22,622 nucleotides of DNA from Ginkgo biloba (taxonomy: Eukaryota; Plantae; Ginkgophyta): assembly GCA_024626585.2 (NCBI GenBank), contig JANKJI020000002.1, forward strand, positions 76,069,099 to 76,091,720, in the 5' to 3' direction. Positions 9,421-21,362 of the stretch are shown here, one piece after another (the stretch's first letter is position 1; each line of letters opens with the position of its first letter). The notes beneath the pieces were generated by a model. That model ran no database searches, was not told where the DNA came from, and worked only from the letters and a program-made list of their open reading frames with translations. The position numbers and the translations under genes were made by a program.

Positions 9421-11636
9421 GAAAGTATCCTATTTTGAAATATATAACCATATTATAAAAATAAATCAAGATAATCGTAAAAAATACCATTAACCAGGGA
9501 TAAATAACTTTAATATATTGCTAATTAAAGTTTCCTATTTTGAAAGATATAGCCATCTTATAAAAATGAATCAAGACAAGCTTAAACAATACTGTTAAAT
9601 AGGGATAAATAACTTTTATATAGAATATAAAAATGTTGGTTGTCTTTGCAATCCTTCTTCATAACCACAAATTCATTCTTCATATTGATAAGTAGACATA
9701 TTCTCCTCAATGAATTTACTACAATATTATCATTTCCTTATTTATACTTGATGATAAAGGTGTAACTTTCAAGACAAATAATATTCTTTGATAAGTTTGG
9801 CTTGATTTTGCTANNNNNNNNNNNNNNNNCTAAGAAAATAGATACAAGTGATCAGTATACAAAATAAACTCCTTAGGTAAGAGTTATTGTCTCTAATTCC
9901 TTATATATTATATCACTACATGTAGGTATTGATCATAAATTTTGTTCTTTTATGCTTTATATAAATTCTCACTATAGAATTCTATGGGCCTTCCTTTTCA
10001 TATCATCACGACATCCATTGCTTCCCCCAAAACATTGCACTCAACCTTAAAAACTTTGTTAAAATATGATAGATCTCAAACCAAGTCTTCAAAATAATTT
10101 TTATGGGTTTGTCAAAGCTTAATTATGTCTCTTCACTCTAAGTAACAAACCCTCCCCCTAATTTCCCTCCAACACATTGGTGAGAGAGGTTGTAACATAA
10201 TTCAAGTTTCTTATAAATTTTGATAAAAAATTACCAAAGAAAGAAATGATCTCACCTTAGCTATAATAGGAGATTATGACATTTTTTATGCATTTACTTT
10301 ATATTAATGATAAATTTTAATATATTTTATAATTTATATCAAAGGTAGATAACATCCAAAGAGATTCATGTAAGAAACATACCTCAATAGAATATAAATA
10401 TTGTTAAGATTATTTACTTATTAGAGAAGGAATTGCAAATTATTTTTCTTGATATACAAATACCTACTAGTTTATTTAAAGTTTATGGTAGTCGGCTAGT
10501 CAATTTTTATCTTATATATGAGTATTATTTTTATGAATACATTGAAGAGATTTGTAAGACAAAAAATATCCAAACGATTCAATGGCTGAAGGATATATAT
10601 ATTCATGAATATTTCTTTTTTGTCTCAAATTTTTTTAATAAAATTCATGTAGATGCACCAAGTATGTGGGATAATGAATGCAATTCAAATATTTTAGAAG
10701 GAGAAGTCCTTCCAACGAAAGGGGATAAAAAAAATTGAAGTGTGTGTTTGTGAAGTTCATTCCATTAATATCATGATTTATAATTTCTCAATATAGTTAT
10801 ATACATCCTACTTCATTGAAGGCTAATACTACTCTCTTGTACTTTCTTTAGGGTTTTATCTCTTCCATGGATTTATTGAACACTTTATTCTCTCATGGTT
10901 CCTCTTAGTATTGAAAGTTTCCTATTTTCAAAGCGATATCCATCTTATAAAAATAAATCAAGATAAGATTATAAAATACTATTAACTAGGGATAAACAAC
11001 TTTCATATATAATAGAAAAATGTTGGTGATATTTGTAAGCCTTCTTCATAGCCCATAACTTCCTTCTTCATCTTGATAAGTAGACATCATATCCTACTTA
11101 ATTAATTTACTACAACATTATTATTTCCTTATTTATACTTGTGATAAAGGTGTAACTTTGAAGAAAACTAATATAGTTTGATAAGCTTGTCTTGATTTTA
11201 CCAAAAACATAGAGACAAGTGATTAATATACAAAATAAACTCCTTCGATAAGAGATAGTGTCTCTAATTTCTTATAGATTTTATCACCACATATAGGTAT
11301 TGATCATAACTTTGGTTCTTTTAGGATTTATAGAACTTCTCACTATATAATTCTATGGACCTTCCTTCTCATCTCATCACAAAAACCATTTCATCCCCCA
11401 AAGCATTACACTCAACCTTAAAACTTTGTTAAAATATGATAGATCCAAAACCAAGTCTTCAACATTATTTTTTTGGGTTTGTCAAAGATTCATTATGACT
11501 CTTCACTCTAAGTAACATAACCCTCCCCCCCCTCGATTTCCCTTCAGTACATTAGTGAGAGGGGATGTAACATAGTTCAAATTTCTTATGAATTTTGATA
11601 AAAAATTATGAAAGAAACAAATGATATCACCATAGT
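9261..11636. repeat. Direct duplication of the RNase H/integrase-proximal pol segment: copy A about 9261-10262, copy B about 10771-11636
   Basis: Colinear shared blocks include atacatcctacttcatt, ttctctcatggttcctctt, taggtattgatcataa, aaactttgttaaaatatgatagat and ctcttcactctaagtaaca. The copies are separated by about 510 bp of unrelated AT-rich DNA. Confidence 0.95.
9422..9622. repeat. Tandem duplication of about 105 bp, present only in pol copy A
   Basis: aaagt(a/t)tcctattttgaaa...tataaaaat(a/g)aatcaaga...agggataaataacttt occurs at 9422 and 9527, but only once in copy B (from about 10914). Confidence 0.9.
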
Positions 11637-11639
11637 TGT

Positions 11640-12320
11640 CGAGACTGGAATATGTTAATCTAGTATTACTTAGACCTTATATGGGTCCACTAATAAACAA
11701 TATTGAGAAATTATAAACCAATATATGTGATCTTAGTTTGAAGAAAGTACCTCTTCTCCATGTTTATATAGATATTTTGTTCCCTTCTAATTTTAAATAA
11801 CCTCTTGAAATATTTGAGATGATCATGTATACTCTTGATAAGGACTAAAATATCACTAAGACATACCATAATAAACTTTCCAAATAGCGGGGGTAAAACT
11901 TCATTCATAAGTTTCTTAAATTTGTTAGGGTCCTTAACTAAACCAAATGGAATAACTAACCACTCAAATAAACCATCCTTTCTTTTGAAACTTGTCTTCC
12001 ATTCTTCTTGTTATTTGAAATTACTTTAGTAGTATCATAATCTTAAATCTACTTCAGAGAAATACCTAATTACTTGTATATTATGCATGAGATCATCATT
12101 TCTAAGAATGGAAATTTTATTTCCAATATGATCTTATTGATTACCCTTAATTCTATGCATGAACTCCAACTTCTATCTTCTTTGGGGAAAGTAAGATTGG
12201 TGTAGCACATAATCTTAAGCTTCCTATAATCAACCATTTATACAACAAGATTTGAATTTTCTTTTGATTCTTTTATTCTCTAATGGATAAATGTGGTATT
12301 CTTCCTTATTATAAAGTGTT
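11640..12320 (-). pseudogene. Gypsy reverse transcriptase remnant
   Basis: Peptides CATPILL, YFSEVDLR, EWKTSFKRKDGLFEWLVIPFGL and MNEVLPPLFGKFIMVCLSDILV (ORF 11711-11908). The catalytic YxDD has decayed to CLSD. Confidence 0.9.
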
Positions 12321-13244
12321 TCAACCTAGTATCAATTCAATTTGGATGGTTATCAATCATATTGGTGGTAATCCTAGAGGTAATTCATTAGGAATAATAT
12401 CTAAAATCCCAACAATTTACTTTTAAAATTAATGAGGGATAATTTTTAAATATTACTTTTCTTCCTTTTTAAGATCCTTCTTCTTGGAAACTAATAATCA
12501 ATAACTCTACTTATTAGACTAATTTTGCAAATTCCTATGTGTTAAGCACTACTTTTCTTTCCTATTTTAGCAGGATTCATCTATAAATCACACCATCCTT
12601 TACTATGGGATATACTTTGTTATTTCCTTGATGTGTCGCACTTAAATAAAATTATTAAGGCCTCCTTTGAAGAACATTATAAGTCTACATGAAAGAAACA
12701 TCATAAAGGACTTTACCTAACTTTTAAAAATTTTGAATATTAACCAAGTATTAATAGAACACCTATGAATTATGTCATTTTTTAATCTAACCTAGTTTAT
12801 AAGAAGAGGGGTGAGGCATTTTATTGATATTTATCCTATGGATAAGATATTTATAAATAAGATTAATTTGTATTCCCATTATCTATGATTATGGGGGATA
12901 TGATCCCATTAATAAAATCCTTTATCTTGAAGATTACTTTCTTTGAGTTATTACTTGAATTGGGGAATTATATCCACAAGTTATCTTCATAATAAAATTG
13001 GTTTTTTCTCCATGTGGTGGTAAGGATTCAATGTAAACCACATCTCCATGGTTTATGGTTTATTTCAACATTATTTTTGTATTTATACTCTTCTATGGTC
13101 AATTATAATAAGTATTCCCTTCTTCATTGCATAAAAGCATGTAATCAAACCAAATATTCCCCTCCCTCTACCATAAAATATACCATATCCATGTCCTCTT
13201 AGTGAATGAAATTTTTTACTATTGTGGACTTTATTAACACCATG

Positions 13245-13793
13245 TATAATGGTTAAAACACTATATTTCCCTCTTGAATTTTTATCTTTCTTCTCAGTTA
13301 GACAGGTTGGTAGGAAGCATGCTAGGAAATAATTTGGTATTCTTTGAGAGGTTAAGGCATCATGGTGGATAAAGGAATCCCTAAGGAGACCAAGAAGGAA
13401 ACACCCCCTAGGAGATAATTCTTCTTTGGTGTTCTCTCTCTCAACTTGGTGCTCTAGAACATGTGCTTAAAAGATGGCCTAGGGGTTCATACTTTGTGTA
13501 AACTTTGTTCTTGGTCTATTATAACTCACCTAGATGCACCAGGATTGACCAAACACACTAGGAAGCATATTATTTTTTTACCTTTAGAACATGTGCCTCA
13601 AAACCCTTAAAGTGACAGTGTGGGTCCCATATTTATCAGGCATNNNNNNNNNNNNNNNNNNNNNNNNNNNNNNNNNNNNNNNNNNNNNNNNNNNNNNNNN
13701 NNNNNNNNNNNNNNNNNNNNNNNNNNNNNNNNNNNNNNNNNNNTATAATGGTTAAAACACTATATTTCCCTCTTGAATTTTTATCTTTCTTCT
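13245..13793. repeat. Exact 50-bp direct repeat (13245-13294 and 13744-13793) flanking an inserted block and a gap
   Basis: tataatggttaaaacactatatttccctcttgaatttttatctttcttct is identical in both places. The second copy begins at the first base after a 100-N gap. Confidence 0.95.
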
Positions 13794-13799
13794 TATCTC

Positions 13800-14340
13800 T
13801 TTCTTTTATGATTTTCATTTTTCTCATTAGACTTATAGATTTTCCTCTTCTTTTAATTCCATTTGATAATACTCATCAATAGATTATAATGTAAATAATA
13901 TCAAATCATCTTGAATATTTTGCCTTAATCCATTTATACACTTCATGGCTTAGTTCCTCTCAATTTCCTTCACATCAACCCTTATTAATAATCGATATAA
14001 ACTCTACATATGCTGACTAATGAATTGATCCAAATCATTCTTGAGATTATGGAATTCTCAATACATTTTCTACTCATAATCAAATAGTAAAAATATATCT
14101 TTAATAAGATTCATATAACATTTCCAGGATTGAATTGGTACCAAACCTCTATCTCTTTCTTCCATTTATAAATTTTCCTACCAAAGGGAAGCATGGGTTT
14201 TTAACTTTGTAAATTCAAAGAGAATAATACTTGGATATAAAAAAACCTTTGAGATAATATATTTCTTAATACCAATAATCCAATCTAAGAGGATTTCATA
14301 CTTCAATATTCCTCCATAAGTTTCTACTTCCATAATAGTT
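13800..14340 (-). pseudogene. Gypsy gag remnant
   Basis: Minus-strand MEVETYGGILKYEILLDWI resembles the gag motif K(V/M)EIP.Y.G.L.PE.LIDWI, and FLLFDY resembles FLP.DY. Confidence 0.7.
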
Positions 14341-14653
14341 TTGACAAGAAGATCTCTTATTAATGCTTTCCTTTCAATCTTTTATCTAAAGAGATTAATA
14401 AATTTAGAGGTTTTATTGGATCAACTATAAGATCTTGATATTCACTATGGATGGAGGTTAAAGTAGTGGAAAACTAACTTCTCCTGTCTTCCCTTTTTTC
14501 TAACTATGTTCTTATCCTCTTTATCTCCCTTCTCAAGATTTTCACTTTTTCATGGAGTGTATACCTTTGTTGACTATGCACACTTGGAGGGCATTATTTA
14601 TGTAATAGAATAACTTATATAATAAGAAAGTAATAAATTTAACAATAAAACTA

Positions 14654-14664
14654 CTTTGATACCA
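14654..14664 (-). promoter_or_regulatory. Primer-binding site (tRNA-iMet) of the 8330-14930 element
   Basis: The minus strand reads GCATCA-att-TGGTATCAAAG, i.e. the LTR end followed by a PBS (consensus TGGTATCAGAG). Confidence 0.85.
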
Positions 14665-16918
14665 AATTGATGCAAACCCACTCAAGTTTGAAGCCAATAT
14701 GCTTCAATAAAATTGAAATGGTTTGTTGTTATGTCAATTTCCAATAATTGGCAAGATTTAAAATCAATAAATAATTACCAAACTAAGAGGATATTAAAAT
14801 CCACATGAAAATATCATAATCATATTGATAAAAATAAAGACTTGAAGTTTCAAAAAATGAGAGTAATTTTCGCTATTATTTTTTAAACTTAGAAATATAA
14901 CAACAATCGCTCATAATAATTTGAAATATTTTCCTAAACTAATTTAACTCTTTTTGTCTTTGTTTCTAACCTTTGTACATGATAATTATTGACTTTTATA
15001 ACCCAAAACTCCGCTTGAAAAGTCATAGTTTACTCCACTTATTTTTTAACTAACATTTATCAATTATTTACTCCTAAACCAACTATATCTAATCCTAAAT
15101 ATGATGGTCTACAACTTGATCACATGTTCTAGAGTCTTATTCCCTTAAAATTCTTGAGTGGTCAATATCTTTTTTCCCTAAAATATTTTCTTAGACTCAA
15201 CAAATAATATTTTTATATTTTAGTCATAAATTTTGGTTTGGATGTTTGTTTGGGCCCTTTCTTTGCAATCATGTATCTCTTTGAGATCCACAACTTTATT
15301 AAGAAAGTTTTCTAAAATTCCTAATTGTTTGATGGTAATTTGGCATGAAATAGTTTTCTCTTATATTTTCAACCATAAAGTGAGTTCATAAATATTNNNN
15401 NNNNNNNNNNNNNNNNNNNNCTAAAATATTTGATCTTCCACTTAGATGTATGAACCTAATATAAAATAATTTAGATATTATGAAATATTTTAAAATGAGA
15501 AGATGCACCTACATAATATAGGTTACTTTTACACCATCTAGATAATTTCATTTGGGTAAGTACCTATTTTATGTAAGTATTAAATTTTTTAAATTTTCTA
15601 TATTATTTTTAGATTATTATATGCTAACATAAATTATTTATAAAATAAACTAATATAAATCATATGATTCAACATTTTAATTCTATTTATATAAATTAAT
15701 ATAAATAGGATGAAACCTTAATGTGCATTAATGATTTATATAGAGTAGGGAGACTCCAACTAAGTGATTATTTTGATTCAGTTATAGCTATTTATTATTC
15801 TTATAGTGCATGATATTAATTATTGATTTAGGAAACCCTTCTTTTGCATCATGTAGGTCATTTGCCCTACTATAACAAATACCCTAGATTGGTGTTTAAG
15901 GCAACATGACTGGATAGGCAGGGATTTTTTTCAAATTTACACACACACGTGTGTGTATTTGTTAGCCCTTTTCATCCTATTCATGCACTCTTTTTTGGGT
16001 TAACTGAGAGTGGGTCAAAAGATACCTTGTATGAGGGTTTGACTTGTTGCCTATGGATTGCCCTTAAGATGATAGACTCTCTGGTTATCGTTGTAGTTAT
16101 AGGGTTTGCTAGCCATGTCAACATTTGTCTCGTTCTATGGCTATTCTTGTAGCCTTAAGGTTTTGTTGACCATACTAGAAAGTAATATAAATAAATAATT
16201 GCTAATGGGTGGGATATTTCTAGTTGTTAGGATAATCTAGTGCTGAATGGAGGTTGAAACATACGTAGTGCTTGGCACCCTTACTAGCATTGGGATTGAG
16301 GGGTGAAGTATAGCAGATTGGTCATAACTGCTAGGTGTTGATGGTAGGCATGGTTTGTTGTTGGAGGTTTGACTATGTTATGGCCCAGGAAAATCAAGCA
16401 AATCTTATCTCACTGAGTGTGAAAAATCCTAAGTTATCTTTAGAGGTTATTGCATCTTACAGTGATTGTGTTAAAATTATCATCAAGACTCATTTGTCAA
16501 AAATAGCATTTGGGAGAATTTCCATTTACTAGCAAATTTTCATGTGTGGAGAAAATTTTTATTTTGGGAAAATTTTTTATATGTAGAAATAACTATTTTG
16601 GAAAAGTTGTTTTTTCTAGTAAGTTTAGGGTTGCATGCATGCATGTGTGTTTTTTGTGGTTGCATGCAGTCAACCTCGGTCAATAGTTGGTGGAAATGCT
16701 GACATAAAAAGTAGGGCGCATATCCCAAGAAAGACAAGTGACATGCAAACATAGAATTCAAGTTTCTATTTCAGTATGTGGTTGAATAAAGTTAGTGAAC
16801 TTCAGTTATGTAATCCGANNNNNNNNNNNNNNNNNNNNNNNNNNNNNNNNNNNNNNNNNNNNNNNNNNNNNNNNNNNNNNNNNNNNNNNNNNNNNNNNNN
16901 NNNNNNNNNNNNNNNNNN

Positions 16919-17290
16919 TAAACCTTAAAAAATCACAATGGAGATAACTTGAACAAATCCACTAGTTGGATGAATTTAGACAAGAAGAAGTGCAGTAGAT
17001 GGAGTTGGTTCAAAGTCAATAGAAGTAATGGTATGACAAGAACCTGAGAATAAAGTAATTTGTATGTGGGGATTAGGCATTACTATATGATTCCAGATAT
17101 AATAATTTTCTAGGAAAATTCTAGATTCGATGGATGGGCCCATACCAAATCAAATAGGTTTTTCCTAATGGAATAGTGTTCCTCGTCGTCATTAATGGAA
17201 CTGAACCTGAATTCCTTATAAATGGATATCATCTACAACCGTACAAAAAATCAATTGATCGAAAATATTTTATGAAGATGTTGGTAAAAG
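16919..17290 (+). mobile_element. Gypsy (Athila/non-chromovirus-like) integrase C-terminal remnant with GPY motif
   Basis: A single frame from 16921 reads ...LDEFRQEEVQ*MELVQSQ*K*WYDKNLRIK*FVCGD*ALLYDSRYNNFLGKF*IRWMGPYQIK*VFPNGIVFLVVINGTEPEFLINGYHLQPYKK. Confidence 0.9.
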
Positions 17291-17388
17291 GACCCTCTTG
17301 ACACTAAAAAACTCCACNNNNNNNNNNNNNNNNNNNNNNNNNNNNNNNNNNNNNNNNNNNNNNNNNNNNNNNNNNNNNNNNNNNNNNN

Positions 17389-17905
17389 GTCATTGTAGTG
17401 AGTTAGGGAGAGAGAAGGTAAGTGGATGAATAAAGGTCCTATGCTCATTAGACAAGAAAAAATAATGCCCATTAGACAAACAAATATTGTTTGTTAGATG
17501 AACAAACAAAGGGCATCAGACAAGAGATGAATAAACACTATTCATTAGACAAACAAACATTGTTCATTAGACAAATGGATGAAGGTTATTAGACAAATGG
17601 GCATTATTTGTTAGACAAATAGATTAGCCCATTAGACAACCAGATGAAAGTGTTAGACAAACGAATGAAGGTGAGATGTGAAATGCAAATTAAGTGCTCT
17701 TCTTGGTTTATAATTTTTTATCATTTTGACATTACTTTTGAGGGAAATGAGAGGGAAACCCATTTCAAATGACAAGGACAACTCCTACATTGGTAAATAC
17801 ACATAGTCACAATTTTAAAATTTAAAAGGCCCGTCACAAGATATTTTACAAGCTCGCACTACTAAAATGGTATTTCAAAGTATCAAAATGAGGTCTTATG
17901 CCCCT
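17389..17905 (-). repeat. Dispersed repeat family copy 2, inverted relative to 5630-6085
   Basis: Array of (c)attagacaaa units at 17445-17662, the reverse complement of tttgtctaat. It is followed by gagggaaacccatttc...acaactcc...tacaca, the reverse complement of the left part of copy 1. Confidence 0.8.
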
Positions 17906-19130
17906 CCATACGAATAGGGTGAAGGAAGAAAGAGCTACCAAAAAAATTAAATTTGACCTTAGGGGTTAATTGAATTATATATTTTTCTTGGGGGGGGGGA
18001 TTATGTGTCAATGGCTTGTAGTGAAGTCACCGTGAACCAATGCAGGCATCGATGAGCATGGGGGAAGGTTAAGCACCATTGCCAGACCATAAGAATGAAC
18101 AGGGGGAGTTACAAAATCCTGGGGGGACTTGGGATGCCAATCATATGAGAAAAATTCCACCAGGATTAGCAGAGAGCAAAGGAGAGTGAAGGAAATGTTG
18201 GAAGGAGAAGACACATAAGCCAAGAGGACACAATGACACAGGGGGAAAATATAGCATGTCTACATGCACGAGAAACTTAGATAAAAAGGAATAGAGGGTG
18301 AAGAAGAAGAAGAGAAATAAGGAGAGAGGAAGGAGCTATGCCTAGGCTATAAAAAAGTAACTAAAATTAGACACAACCAACAAAAACCACCATATTAACC
18401 AGCAAAGGAATGAATTCAAAGACAGTTTCAGACTTCATGTGCATAATGGAATAGAAATCCAATGAAAATTATGAACATAACACGAATGTTATAAGAAAAC
18501 ATGCATGAAATCACCAATAGATTTATTTTATTCACAGAAAAATCATGCATACACCAGAGTTCCAATTNNNNNNNNNNNNNNNNNNNNNNNNNNNNNNNNN
18601 NNNNNNNNNNNNNNNNNNNNNNNNNNNNNNNNNNNNNNNNNNNNNNNNNNNNNNNNNNNNNNNNNNNATCTCTAGACCCTAGTAGGAAAAATTCAAAGAA
18701 TGATGTTGTCGGCCAAATGGGCCACAATATTTGATTAGGTTCTAAACTAGTGTGAGATCCATGGAGAGAGTCCAACCCACTATACCTCCATACAACAAAA
18801 TGAAGAGCATTGAGAAACTAGGAGCGAAAAAACCACTACAAGGGAAAAGAAAAATAAAATCTATCAGAGCCAATATACACTAGAGATTCCTTTCTCACCA
18901 TTTGTAACCTTTTCTTTTCTTACCCTTTGTTTTTTCTTTTATGTTTCTTAGACAACTTGACTAATTCTAGAGAAAGTTATGTTGTAAATTTATTTTGATT
19001 TATTGTTGTCTTTTTAGACAATTGAAATGATTTGATGGAAATATGCCAAGATCTATTAAATAGATAAATTACTTTTATATAATTTAGATAGTTTAAATGT
19101 CATTTTTTCAAGTTATTAGAAAAGGAAAGA

Positions 19131-19735
19131 TGTAATGAACCCAAGGAATGGCTTCTAGATCCTAAGAGATAGTCCTATAAGTGTAGAAGTGCAATTGCAC
19201 AATGGCCACACATGCCTTGAGAGTANNNNNNNNNNNNNNNNNNNNNNNNNGAATGGTATGTTGTATTCTCCAACACATGTATATGATGTAGATCATTACG
19301 TTAATTATGTAGGGATAAGTGGTCGCTTATGTTTATAAGGGTAGCCACATTGGCACTTTAGAATGTTCTATTATGGTCTAAGTAGAGGTAAGGTAAGCAT
19401 TCGACGAAGGAGAACCATTTTAAGTATATATAAGCAATCAAACATCATTTGTGATCATAGTTGTGACTTTGAAAATATGCATTTGTCATTTTTTAATCAT
19501 AAAAGTGTCTTTGTGTAATTAAGACTCTATTGAGTCCTTTTATGATCTATTATCATAATTATATTTTAGTATGTTGCCTTTTAAAACAATGACATTTTTT
19601 TGCATTAGGGATGACATTTGTGTGTGTTTTTATATGTAGACTTCTATTAGTTTATAATTAATTTGAGTGATGAACCTTCAATGATCAATTTTGAGTAGTT
19701 AAACCCTAAAGATTCACTACAAGTGCTATTAGAGT
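19131..19735 (+). mobile_element. Isolated 5' LTR (19131-19721) plus degenerate tRNA-iMet PBS
   Basis: TGTAATGAAC ... ATTCACTACA form an 8/10 inverted terminal match. There is an internal TATA-like gtatatataagc at about 19424. The LTR is followed by ag-tgctattagagt (consensus TGGTATCAGAGC). Confidence 0.65.
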
Positions 19736-19781
19736 TATGTTTTATGCTCTTGTGAAAGTGCAACTCAGATTCGCAACTATA

Positions 19782-19935
19782 GGCATTAAAATCCCATACT
19801 TTGATACTCAAAAGATACCAAATTGAGAGATGGCTTTANNNNNNNNNNNNNNNNNNNNNNNNNNNNNNNNNNNNNNNNNNNNNNNNNNNNNNNNNNNNNN
19901 NNNTTGGCCTTTTTTCGCCACTTTGGAAGGGTTTC
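19782..19935 (+). repeat. Probable third partial copy of the dispersed repeat family
   Basis: ggcattaaaatcccatactttgatactcaaaagatacca resembles the reverse complement of 17868-17903 (ggcataagacctcattttgatactttgaaatacca). After the gap, ttggaagggtttc resembles aagaagggttgc in copy 1. Confidence 0.5.
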
Positions 19936-21362
19936 ATAAAAAAGTGACAGTTTATCATAAAATTTGGCATATGTCATAGAGTTTTTTTGTTTTTTTCTTT
20001 TCAAATGTATCTTAAAATTGGGCATCAAGGCACACATTCAAAAAATATTCCAATTAATTTTGGTTCTACATACCCTCAAAAGCTCAATGCAAATTTAGCT
20101 AGGATTTTAAGGTTCTTTTAAGGGTGTAAATATAATTATGATATTTGCAACATCAAATTCACAAATTTCTGATAATNNNNNNNNNNNNNNNNNNNNNNNN
20201 NNNNNNNNNNNNNNNNNNNNNNNNNNNNNNNNNNNNNNNNNNNNNNNNNNNNNNNNNNNNNNNNNNNNNNNNNNNNNNNNNNNNNNNNNNNNNNNNNNNN
20301 NNNNNNNNNNNNNNNNNNNNNNNNNNNNNNNNNNNNNNNNNNNNNNNNNNNNNNNNNNNNNNNNNNNNNNNNNNNNNNNNNNNNNNNNNNNNNNNNNNNN
20401 NNNNNNNNNNNNNNNNNNNNNNNNNNNNGAAAAAGAAAAAAGCCTCCTTTGTATTTTGGAATCTCTCATAGCATTGTAAATAAGTTTAGTTGTTATTTTA
20501 AGCTTGATTTGAGGGCCTTAACATAAACAACTACTTAATTTTTACATTAACCATTAGTACCAACAAATGTAACTAAAGGAAAGGGGTCAAAGTTTGATAA
20601 CCTTGTTGATATGATTTGTAATGGTTTACTTTGTGGAATTCAAAATACCACCCTTAGTAGGCTTTAATGATTTGGGCAATAGGGGAAGAAGGAAAATGTT
20701 GGTCTTTGTTTATATATGAAGAGAAAAAGGACAAGATGATTGTGTACAAGGGATTTCTTTATATTCATTTCTATGCTAAGAGATTCAAAATGGAATTTTT
20801 GGGGACTTGAAGGAAGATGGGTTGTTCAAGTGTAATTGATGTTTATATTGGAGTTGCTCCTTTAGTTTTGGGTGGGAATAGTAGAGATGTAGATGACCAA
20901 ACCTATAAAAATGCTAACATTGTTGAAACATTTAAACTTGATAATCTCTTTTACAAGAAGTAATTTGTGACATTAATGCTACTTTAAAAATTTGTCTCGG
21001 ATTGCCATAGGAAATGTCAAGAAGGTTTTAAGATTGAATGNNNNNNNNNNNNNNNNNNNNNNNNNNNNNNNNNNNNNNNNNNNNNNNNNNNNNNNNNNNN
21101 NNNNNNNNNNNNTCTATAGACTTTGCATGGTACAAGGAAGTGATGATCCAACATTTTTTACCTATGTTTATGGCTTAAAGAGGTCAAATGCTACGCATAA
21201 TTTCTCTCTCTCATTAGTTATTAATTGTCTATTATTTGCATTACCTTATGAAAAAGTTACTTTGTGATGGTACATACCCTATAGTTTAGTTTCATGCATT
21301 TTCATATCAAATGCCAATAATATGAATTAGCATTTTTCTATAAGAANNNNNNNNNNTATATA

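Larger units (their letters stand above)
8330..14930 (-). mobile_element. Decayed near-full-length Ty3/Gypsy LTR retrotransposon (CRM-like by motif), with internal duplication and deletion
   Basis: Minus-strand order is 5' LTR (from 14668 upward, ending ...GCATCA), PBS, gag, protease region, RT, RNase H, integrase, PPT (8605-8618), then 3' LTR (about 8330-8604). The LTRs share atttaaaatcaa, atatcataa, agacttgaagt and aacaacaat (8415-8565 vs 14756-14907). Outer LTR boundaries are approximate. Confidence 0.85.

Noticed and set aside
10433-10738. 101-aa ORF in the spacer between the pol duplicates
   Set aside because: It has a non-ATG start, an I/F/Y/K/N-biased composition from AT richness, and no recognisable domain.
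17394-17400. CACTA terminal inverted repeat (tgtagtg, reverse complement CACTACA)
   Set aside because: It aligns to an internal position of repeat copy 1 (ctcattttataatga), and no partner TIR or 3-bp TSD was identified.
20107-20479. ORFs of 108-120 aa and other X-containing ORFs
   Set aside because: They are artefacts of translating through N runs.
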